Shown: positions 56,521 to 64,000 of the stretch, one piece after another
Numbering within the stretch: position 1 is the stretch's first letter
Layout: every line of letters starts with the position of its first letter
Assembly: GCA_963675595.2 (NCBI GenBank)
Contig: CAXXLZ010000002.1
Span: 4,032,001 to 4,096,000, forward strand
Origin: Thermodesulfobacteriota bacterium
GTDB taxonomy: Bacteria > Desulfobacterota > Desulfarculia > JACQYL01
DNA: 64,000 nt
Direction: 5' to 3'
Notes under the pieces: model-generated
Databases searched by the model: none
The model's input: only the letters and a program-made list of their open reading frames with translations
What the model was told of the DNA's origin: nothing
Position numbers and translations under genes: made by a program

Positions 56521-58071
56521 TTATGGCTCTCCCAAGTTGGTACCGCCGTGTTGGGCCCGCATTTCTTTCGATCGACAGAGGTATCCAGCCGATATCTTCC
56601 AAACGTCCGATCCTATCTTTGCGAAGCCCACTAGAATCACGAGGAATTCAAGCCTGCCGAGGAACATGCCGATGATCTCGGCCCAAAGAACCCCGACGGG
56701 GGCCTGCGCGGAAGTGACGCCCAAAGATAGCCCCACCGTTCCCACGGCGGAAGCGAACTCAAACAGGGATTCTTTGAATCCGTATCCGTGCGCGGCCAGA
56801 ATCATGCCGCCCAGGAACCAGGTCATCAGATAAAGAAATACGAATACTCCTACCTGCCTTACGCGCAGATCGCTCAGATAGATTCGCTCTTCCCCCTGCC
56901 ATATGGACTGGGCCGCGACGGCGTTCCGCGGTACGAACGCTTTCCTGATTTCCCAAATAAGGGACATGACCAGCGTGTGTATCCGGTACTGCTTGATCCC
57001 CCCTGCGGTCGAGCATGTACCGCCTCCCACAAGCATCAGACCGACAAGCAGCAGAAGTCCGAACCCGTTCCAGTTTTCATAGTCGACCGTTGTGAAACCC
57101 GTCGAAGTGAGTGCGGCAACAGTCTCAAAAACGGCAACACGGAGGTCCTTTGCCAAGCTCGGATACAGCCCTCGGCAAGTCAGCAACCAGACGGAAGCGA
57201 TGGCCGCGGGAAGGAGAAACGCCAGAAGATGGAGTTCTCCGTTCTTGAACACCGGACGGAACCTTCCGCGCAACAGCAACCAGGCGGTCGAAAAGCTGAG
57301 ACTGCCCAGGAGCATCAGAGGGATGGTTACGGCCTCAATAGCAGGTGAATCCCAAAAGCCGATGCTCTGGGGACGAGTGGAAAAGCCTCCGGTGGACAAA
57401 GCGGCGAAGCCGTGATTGACGGCGTCGAAAGTGGACATGCCGGAGAGTCGAAGCGCTGCGATGCCTACCACGGCATAGCCGACATAAATGGTGGTAACAA
57501 GCTTGGCCGAGCGGCGGACACTCGGGACCAGCAGTTCACCGCGGCCTTCGGCCGTGGACAGGCCGGGACCGGGAGGACCGGTGATGGCGGAAAGCATGAT
57601 GATGGCAAGCCCCGCTCCTCCTGCGAATTGCATGATACTTCTCCAGAGAAGGATCGCATGGCCGGCGTTGGTTATGTCCACTACGGAGAGCCCGGTTGTC
57701 GTCCACCCGCTGACGGATTCGAACAGGGCGTTCGTAAAATCGATATCCAGAGAATACATGAAAGGATAGGCGGAGAACAGGAAGACAAGGCACCAGCTCA
57801 GCAGGACAATGACGCCGCCTTCCTGCACGGTGAGTGCGTCCGACGATTGAGGCCGGAGCGTTTTCCACAACAGGATGCCGCCGAGAACTAGGGTTAGGGC
57901 CGGAGCGAGAAAGCCGAAAGCGTATACCCGCTCCTCGGGCCGGATCAGCAGAACCGTGAGTGGAGTGAGCATGAGCAGTCCGCAAAGCGCCAGGATGATT
58001 CCTGTGTAGGAAAGGATGCACCGGTAATTCCGGATGAGCTCTTCCGCCTCTCGAACGATCCCGGATTTCAT
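56521..58071 (-). CDS. TrkH family K+ uptake protein
   Basis: 'FESVSGWTTTG', 'STGGFS', 'STAGGIK', 'TVGLS', 'GRLE'. Confidence 0.93.
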   Translation of the reverse strand: MKSGIVREAEELIRNYRCILSYTGIILALCGLLMLTPLTVLLIRPEERVYAFGFLAPALTLVLGGILLWKTLRPQSSDALTVQEGGVIVLLSWCLVFLFSAYPFMYSLDIDFTNALFESVSGWTTTGLSVVDITNAGHAILLWRSIMQFAGGAGLAIIMLSAITGPPGPGLSTAEGRGELLVPSVRRSAKLVTTIYVGYAVVGIAALRLSGMSTFDAVNHGFAALSTGGFSTRPQSIGFWDSPAIEAVTIPLMLLGSLSFSTAWLLLRGRFRPVFKNGELHLLAFLLPAAIASVWLLTCRGLYPSLAKDLRVAVFETVAALTSTGFTTVDYENWNGFGLLLLVGLMLVGGGTCSTAGGIKQYRIHTLVMSLIWEIRKAFVPRNAVAAQSIWQGEERIYLSDLRVRQVGVFVFLYLMTWFLGGMILAAHGYGFKESLFEFASAVGTVGLSLGVTSAQAPVGVLWAEIIGMFLGRLEFLVILVGFAKIGSDVWKISAGYLCRSKEMRAQHGGTNLGEP

Positions 58072-58279
58072 GGCAGATGCGTGGCCGTCGGTATGGATTT
58101 CAGCGATCTCACCGGACTACCGCAATCGGTGGTGAACGAGTGTACGAAGCCGCCCCTTGCCGGGGAAATCGCCGCTTTCAGGAAACGGTCTTGCCCGTTC
58201 ACCCCATCCGTTGACGGGAGGGCTTGTCCGGTTTGCGAAAAGAAGCGTGGTTGTCGAATGGAACTCATGGTTCGTGAGG

Positions 58280-58936
58280 TCATTTCCCCGTGAAAATACT
58301 CAACACGGGGCCGTGGTTTTCCGGGAGAGTGATCAATACAAGGCGGTCGCCGGCCAGCAGCCTGCTCGGTCCCCTGGGCACGATGGGTTCTCCGTCTCGC
58401 ACGATGACTCCCACCAAGGCGTTTTCAGGTAGAACGATTTCGTAAAGATGTTTTCCCACCACAGGGGACGTGGATCGCAGCACGAGCTCCGTGATATTGA
58501 CCTTGCCCTCGCTCGCGGGAATCAGATTCGTGACTTCTTCAAGAGAGGCGCGCTGAGCGATCAGACGGCTGATGATTTGGGTTGTGGAAAAACAGGTAAC
58601 CCCAAGCTTCTTGAATATTTGTTCGTTTTCCGGATCATTGACCAAAGCTACCGCCCTGGGCACCTCGAATAGGATCGAAGCCAACTGGCAGGCAACGAGA
58701 TTGTCCTGGTCATTGGGGAGCGCCGAGATAAGAATATCCGCTCCCGTTGCCCCGGCCTCCTTCAGCAGACGAGGGTCGCTGCCGTCCCCATGGACGACGG
58801 CGGCGTTCATCCTCTTTGAGAATCGGACGCATTCTTCGAGAATGGGATTGATGATCGTAACGGAGTACCCTTTGGCGAGATATTCTTTGGAGAGAAAGTA
58901 AGCCGGCTTCCCTTGTCCGATGACAATCACTTTCAT
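58280..58936 (-). CDS. TrkA family protein (RCK_N plus RCK_C)
   Basis: 'VIVIGQG', 'GDGSDP', 'DQDNL', C-terminal 'IVPRG...GD'. Confidence 0.9.
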   Translation of the reverse strand: MKVIVIGQGKPAYFLSKEYLAKGYSVTIINPILEECVRFSKRMNAAVVHGDGSDPRLLKEAGATGADILISALPNDQDNLVACQLASILFEVPRAVALVNDPENEQIFKKLGVTCFSTTQIISRLIAQRASLEEVTNLIPASEGKVNITELVLRSTSPVVGKHLYEIVLPENALVGVIVRDGEPIVPRGPSRLLAGDRLVLITLPENHGPVLSIFTGK

Positions 58937-59385
58937 GGAGTACACGGCTCCGCTTCAGCGGTCATTGCCGGTCTTTCGACCGCATCGAGAAAAGATTCAA
59001 CAGCAATTGAATTGGGACAGATCACGCGAATGCCAAGACGTTCATAAACCTCTTTTCGTTTAGGATCATAGACTTGGGCCAAGACCAGGGGAACCGAGAA
59101 CACGCGTTCCGCTACTTGAGCCACCATGAGGTTTACATTGTCCTCTTGCGTGGTCGCGATGCATACGTCCGCTTGGTGCAATTTGGCCTGTTTGAGCACC
59201 GAAAGCTCCGTGGCGTTCCCCTCGATTCGGAATCCTCCGAACTCGGCCGTCAGGCCGTCGAAAGCTTGTTCCCGTCTGTCGATGACCACCACGCTGTGTC
59301 CGTTTCCGCTCAGCCGGTTGGCGACACGCGATCCAATCCGTCCACAGCCTACCACAACCACGTAAAGGGCTTCCGATTTTACCAT
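58933..59385 (-). CDS. TrkA family protein (RCK_N only)
   Basis: 'VVVGCGRIG', 'EGNATE', 'DNVNLMVAQ'. Confidence 0.9.
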   Translation of the reverse strand: MVKSEALYVVVVGCGRIGSRVANRLSGNGHSVVVIDRREQAFDGLTAEFGGFRIEGNATELSVLKQAKLHQADVCIATTQEDNVNLMVAQVAERVFSVPLVLAQVYDPKRKEVYERLGIRVICPNSIAVESFLDAVERPAMTAEAEPCTP

Positions 59386-59439
59386 GCCGAAACACCGCTC
59401 CGCCCGGGAATCGCACGCTGGGCCTGCCATAGTGCAGGT

Positions 59440-59600
59440 TCACTTCAGAATTGTCCGGCAAGACTCGCGGGTCGGATCAATTTCCGGTACGAATCGGCAA
59501 GGGTTCCAACTCCTGTGCGCGATTCCCACGAGTCTCCACGAGTACTCCAAGGAGGTTATATGCCTCGGTCTTTCCCGGATCAAGTCCCGCAGCGTGAGGG
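59440..59600 (-). pseudogene. Degenerate TPR-protein remnant
   Basis: 'LDPGKTEAYNLLGVLVETRG' in one frame continues as 'EIDPTRES' in another; no credible start or RBS. Confidence 0.5.
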
Positions 59601-59678
59601 GGCGGGAAAGGGCGGTGGACGCCCCCGAATGAGCACCGCTCTCCACAGGATCGAAACAACGAGTCGTCCTGAGGCTGG

Positions 59679-60245
59679 TTATTTCTTCTTGAAAATGGCA
59701 CGCCATCCGGTTGGCGGGGACATCATGGGACGATAAATCTTACTCACATCCCCGGCGCTTTCCGTGATGTAAAAGGCATCGGGTTCCACTTTTCGAACGA
59801 CGGACAAAATGGTCTTCAAGTCTCGTCTCCGACAAACGACGTAGAGCTGTTTCACCGGACCGGACAGACCTTCCCCCTGGAAGGAGGTGACTGCGAAGCC
59901 TGCGGTGCGGATTTCCTCCGCCAGACGGTTACCGGGTTTCGTGCTCACAATTCGCAAAATGGTGGCGCCCATGGCTACGCGGCGTTCGATCATGATCCCC
60001 ACCACATTGCCCGTGGAGAATCCGAGAGCGTAGAAGACACCCAGGATGGGCTGGGACTGGATCTTCTGGATCACCGTCGTAATTACCGATAGCCAGATGC
60101 TGATTTCGACGAATCCCAAGAAGAACGCCGCCTTGGTTCGGCCGTGTACGATGCTGATGGTGCGCAGCGTGCCCAGAGTGACGTCTACGACACGCGCCGC
60201 GAAGATTCCGAAAGCAATAAGTGCGGTTCCCAGATAAGTTTCCAT
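59679..60245 (-). CDS. DUF2179/DUF5698 (YebE-like) membrane protein
   Basis: 'ARVVDVTLGTLRTI', 'GFVEISIW', 'YALGFSTGN', 'GFAVT..GEG', 'EPDAF'. Confidence 0.85.
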   Translation of the reverse strand: METYLGTALIAFGIFAARVVDVTLGTLRTISIVHGRTKAAFFLGFVEISIWLSVITTVIQKIQSQPILGVFYALGFSTGNVVGIMIERRVAMGATILRIVSTKPGNRLAEEIRTAGFAVTSFQGEGLSGPVKQLYVVCRRRDLKTILSVVRKVEPDAFYITESAGDVSKIYRPMMSPPTGWRAIFKKK

Positions 60246-60336
60246 GTCGGCAATCCGTACCAAGGCTTTTGTCGGGGATCAAGCCGTGCTTCGGCGGACA
60301 TCGAATCGCGGTATGCTTGTTCCGAAGGACTCGTGC

Positions 60337-60915
60337 CTAAGCACGGGATTTGGGACGCGGTTTGCCTACGGGAGAAGCACCGTCGGAAGGCGTCGCGACC
60401 TTGTGAAGCAGTAATGCCTCTTTCCGCTTTCGGGATCTCCCTCTGCGCAGCGTGGAGATGAACAGCAGGAGTCCAACGAGTTCCGGGAGCAGGACCGAGA
60501 GCGCAAAGCTCTCAGGCTCGTGATCCAACCGCCACAGCCAATTTTCGATGGGGCCGGTGAAGACGCGTTCGGGAACGTCGAATCCAAATCCCAAGAGGGG
60601 CCAGAACAGAGTCCTGGGTTGCGTGAACATCCAGTCGAGAACCAAATGTCCCGGAGTGGCCAAGGCCCACGGCCAAAATACGCGGAGCCGGGTTGCGCAT
60701 ACACCGCACCATGCCAGGCTGAAAAGAAGCGTGTGGCCCCAGAGTCGACCGGAAGGTTCCGAAGTCCAGCCCAGAAAACGGATGGGTTTGTCCAGGAGAT
60801 CGGGCAATACGGCGCAGAAAGCCACGCAGGCCATGGCGCGGAACGTCTCGCCGTTTACCGGGAGATATCGTTCGGCGGTCGCGACGCTGATCCCCACATG
60901 TCCGAAAAGGAGCAT
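60337..60915 (-). CDS. Membrane-bound metal-dependent hydrolase (YdjM-like)
   Basis: 'FGH', 'LPDLLDKP', 'GHTLLF', 'HLVLD', 'LFWP'. Confidence 0.82.
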   Translation of the reverse strand: MLLFGHVGISVATAERYLPVNGETFRAMACVAFCAVLPDLLDKPIRFLGWTSEPSGRLWGHTLLFSLAWCGVCATRLRVFWPWALATPGHLVLDWMFTQPRTLFWPLLGFGFDVPERVFTGPIENWLWRLDHEPESFALSVLLPELVGLLLFISTLRRGRSRKRKEALLLHKVATPSDGASPVGKPRPKSRA

Positions 60916-60961
60916 AGGGTCGCCTCTCTATCGCTTCCGAGTCATCAGCTCTCTCCGAGCG

Positions 60962-61312
60962 TCAGTTCACCTTGTCATGAGACACTCGCATGGATCTGCT
61001 TTCGATCTCGGCGGCCTTTTCGTTGAGCCAGCGTGCCAAAGAGCGGGCCACGCCGGGGGTCAGGTAGAGACCGAAAAACACCCTGCGGTGAATGGCGTCC
61101 TTGCCTTCCTGAGCCAGCAATTCTCCCAGTGTGCCGTCGGGATTGACCCTGAAGCGGTGTTTCTCCGGAATCCCGGCTCGCTCGTGGTAGACATTGGCCA
61201 GAACCATTCCTTCGGCCGTAACGCCGCCGACGGCTCCGCTGATGGGAATCACTTCGTAATCCGGGGAAAGGTCGTATTCGAAAGTCACGCTGTTTGACAT
61301 AATTTCGGCCAT
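60962..61312 (-). CDS. Hypothetical protein
   Basis: GGAG RBS; 'FEYDLSPDY...GAVGG...YHER..IP...ARSLARWL'; protein-like composition. Confidence 0.65.
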   Translation of the reverse strand: MAEIMSNSVTFEYDLSPDYEVIPISGAVGGVTAEGMVLANVYHERAGIPEKHRFRVNPDGTLGELLAQEGKDAIHRRVFFGLYLTPGVARSLARWLNEKAAEIESRSMRVSHDKVN

Positions 61313-62475
61313 GGCATGCTCCAAATGTATCCGAGGTTGGGGACTTGTTTCCGGTTGGCGGCACATTGATCGTTTGTTCCGAAGGAACGTTTAAGAACTC
61401 GTGGCGCTTCCTCTCCCCCGGCCGCTGAAGAAAGCCGCAGGGGGCACAAATCGTCGTGCTCGATGCGGGAGACGAATAGTGAAGGACCCGGCAGCGAGGA
61501 ATGCATGCGACGAATCGATCGGAGTTTCCTTGATCCCTCGAAAAAGTACAAGAGGTTTCTCGTCCGAAGTCTTGGGGCGGTCACGCTTACTTGGACTCCG
61601 AGGACGTGCGCACCGGCATGCACGCCCGCGTCGCACACAGGCGGAAGTTTTTCGAATCAGCGGTTATTCGCCCTTTGATCATGCCGAACGTACTCCGCGG
61701 AGGCTGCTGTTGCGGGCATAATGCGCCGGGGAAAGGGGGAATGCATTCTCGGGACCGCCTGGAAAAGGCATTCGGCAACATTGTTGAAGGTTGTCCGACA
61801 AAATCTGCGCAGGTCGAGTTTTGTGGTCGCCTGATCCCGGTGAGGTTACCGGCATCCCAAGGCTAGTAGTGCTCCGCAGGTCCGGAACTTACGAAGTGGG
61901 GGGCCGAGCTCTTTTTGATAAGGGCATTCAGCGGTACGGCCGATGAGCATAATTGAAAGACCGACCACCGGGACCTCCGTGGATTGAACTTTCCATGTTT
62001 GCGCTCTATAGTTGTTTACTGAAGGAAGTTTCGTGTCATTCGGCAAACGCTTCATAACTGTATTTCGGGGGTGGTTCTAAACACATAGGTGCGGCGAGTA
62101 TCTCTTTTGATTCCTAATCGATATCCCATGACGAATATTATTGAAACTAAAAAGTCGTCTTTATTATGGATCGGAAAATACTCAGGTGCAAAGTCGGAAA
62201 GAGGCGACTTAATCGGATGAAAATCGTGCTCTCCTTTGCTTGGCCGCCTTTCAAAGCGGCTTCCATGACCTTCGGCGTGTTCACGGCGCAGGAAACGGGA
62301 TAAAATGCCTGTACGTCGAATACCCTACCGGCGTGTCGACAGACCGTGACTCTCGCCCATACTCGCGGCAATTTATTTCGGCTAAAACGACGAGCGGAGG
62401 CTCGTCGATCCTCAGGGGCCCCTTCGCCCCTACCCGAATCAATCGTCTGCTAACTTCCATGGAGCCTACCGGGCC

Positions 62476-64000
62476 GTGACGGATACTCTAAATCGGATAG
62501 AAGCGGAGCAGATCAAGGTCATCTACTCCCAGAGTGGAACGGCCATTGTCGGCAACCTTTTGTCGAGCACGTTGTTGGGCTTGATTCAATGGGGCGTCGT
62601 CGACACTTTTACGATCGTAGCTTGGGTCGCCTGCGTCTACATTGTCACCATTGCCAGATTGTCCCTCTACCTCCTGTATCGGCGGGTTGCTCCACCGGAG
62701 AGGTCGATCGGGATTTGGGGCCGGTGGTATCTGGCGTTGCTGCTCCTGAGCGGATGCGTTTGGGGTGTGTCCAGTTTGATACTGTTCCCCTCGCAATCGC
62801 CTTTGAACAGTGTCTTGATGGTCATGTGGTTCATAGGCATCGGCAGCGCCGGAGGCATCAGTGCGTATTTGGTCTACATGCCGGCCCTGTTGGTGCATTT
62901 CATTCCGGTAGTCCTTCCCGGCGCGGTAAGGCTGTTTGTTATCGGGGACCGTTTTCATTCCGCCATCGGCGCCGCGGTGATCATGTACTGTTTCGTCCTG
63001 CTTTCGGCATCTCGGCGTATCAACAGGTCAATGGTCAAAGCGATCAAGACCAATCTGGAGCTGCAGATCGAGATTGCGGAACGGGCAAAGGCCGAACAGG
63101 CCATGGCGGAGAGTCACCGCCGGCTTGAGCTGATCACCGACAATATTCCGGCCTGCATCGCTCAAGTCGACGCGACGGAATTGAAATACCAATTCGTCAA
63201 CCGCCGACATCTGGAAAGAATGGGCCGTTCTCGATCCGAAGTCATTGGGAAACATGTCGCCGAAATTCTCGGACCGGCGAAGTTTGAATTCGCCAAGCCT
63301 TACATCGACAAAGCTCTGTCCGGCTCCCCCGCTTCTTATGTCAACCGGTTTATGCTTCAAGGAGAACCAAGCTGGGTCAACGTCAATTACGTGCCCAATG
63401 TCGATGAGTCGGGAAGCGTGCGGGGTATCGTGGTGTTGACGCACGACATCACGGAGACCAAAAAAATCGAGGAGGCCCTCAGGCAAAGCGAAAACGATCT
63501 CAAGAAGCTGTACATGGAAGCCAATCAAGCGCGAGAGCTGTATCGCTCCTTGTTGGAGTCGACACCTGATTCCATCGTCATTTACGACATGCAAGGGCGG
63601 GTGACCTTTGTGAACGAAGCCTTTGTGCGGACGTTCGGCTGGCGACTGGATGAACTCGCCGGGGGCGTACCATACACGCCGGAGTCCGAACGCGAAGTCA
63701 CCTCGGCAAGAGTCAGGGATGTGGTGGAGTATGGGATACCTGTCAGTCACTTTGAAACGAAACGGCTGACCAAGGACGGCAGCTTGGTGGATGTCAGTAT
63801 CAGTGCCTCGAGGTTCTACGATCATGTGGGAAACTCCTCGGGGATGCTCGTTATCTTGAGAGACATGTCCTCCAACGTACGCATGCAGAAGCAGTTGGAG
63901 GAGGCCAAAAATGCGGCGGAGGCGGCGAGCAAGGCCAAGAGTACCTTTCTGGCCAATATGAGCCATGAGCTTCGCACGCCGCTCAATGTCATCCTCGGGT
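62476..64000 (+). CDS. Membrane PAS-domain sensor histidine kinase (3' end runs off window)
   Basis: Read manually: GTG after GGAG, multi-TM N-terminus, two PAS/PAC domains ('ITDNIP', 'HDITE', 'VNEAF', 'RDMS'), H-box 'AKSTFLANMSHELRTPLN'. Confidence 0.9.
   Translation, partial: MTDTLNRIEAEQIKVIYSQSGTAIVGNLLSSTLLGLIQWGVVDTFTIVAWVACVYIVTIARLSLYLLYRRVAPPERSIGIWGRWYLALLLLSGCVWGVSSLILFPSQSPLNSVLMVMWFIGIGSAGGISAYLVYMPALLVHFIPVVLPGAVRLFVIGDRFHSAIGAAVIMYCFVLLSASRRINRSMVKAIKTNLELQIEIAERAKAEQAMAESHRRLELITDNIPACIAQVDATELKYQFVNRRHLERMGRSRSEVIGKHVAEILGPAKFEFAKPYIDKALSGSPASYVNRFMLQGEPSWVNVNYVPNVDESGSVRGIVVLTHDITETKKIEEALRQSENDLKKLYMEANQARELYRSLLESTPDSIVIYDMQGRVTFVNEAFVRTFGWRLDELAGGVPYTPESEREVTSARVRDVVEYGIPVSHFETKRLTKDGSLVDVSISASRFYDHVGNSSGMLVILRDMSSNVRMQKQLEEAKNAAEAASKAKSTFLANMSHELRTPLNVILG

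Noticed and set aside
54061-62100. c-di-AMP (ydaO) riboswitch in spacers 54061-54266, 56322-56520, 58072-58279 or 61800-62100
   Set aside because: Only isolated fragments (GGGGTGAA, CGCTGAA) in the wrong order or strand; an Infernal scan would settle it
61313-62475. Short ORFs in the 1.1-kb spacer before the histidine kinase
   Set aside because: No motifs or convincing RBS; treated as non-coding
1-64000. CRISPR arrays, rRNA, IS elements, prophage genes
   Set aside because: No regularly spaced direct repeats, rRNA signatures, transposases, integrases or phage structural genes seen

Overview
GC-rich bacterial chromosome segment; gene content points to Desulfobacterota/Deltaproteobacteria (inference). 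(1) 1-20.6 kb, minus strand: an intact envelope-biogenesis operon lysS-lolC/E-lolD-bamA-skp-lpxD-fabZ-lpxA-lpxI-gnnA-like-lpxB-msbA-waaA-lpxK-lpxL, two heptosyltransferases, a Trm112/YcaR protein and an O-antigen ligase. (2) 20.9-40 kb: mixed housekeeping genes (MFS, a divergent thymidylate-synthase-like protein plus dCMP deaminase, suhB, ParB-like, coaBC, family-4 UDG, nfeD-slipin, two Slp lipoproteins, nucleobase permease, site-2 protease, a Cys-rich MerR regulator, hflX). (3) 40.1-43.4 kb: a more AT-rich two-gene methyltransferase plus nuclease module. (4) 45.3-51.4 kb: a five-gene operon of unknown product, encoding a lysine 2,3-aminomutase-like radical SAM enzyme, two Ddl-like ATP-grasp ligases, a GNAT-deacetylase fusion and a GNAT; this is the best candidate for an undescribed pathway, possibly making a beta-lysine peptide or osmolyte. 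(5) 51.5-61.3 kb: a K+/cation locus with two Trk/Ktr systems and an embedded diadenylate cyclase-YbbR fusion. (6) A truncated PAS histidine kinase at the window end. Signals read directly from the DNA include a candidate ~90-nt sRNA and a MerR-type 19-bp-spacer promoter between merR and hflX, an ATA start for hflX, an ACG start for the cyclase, divergent sigma54 promoters and a frameshifted TPR relic. No tRNA, rRNA, CRISPR array or transposase was seen. All family calls come from motif recognition by eye, with no database search.
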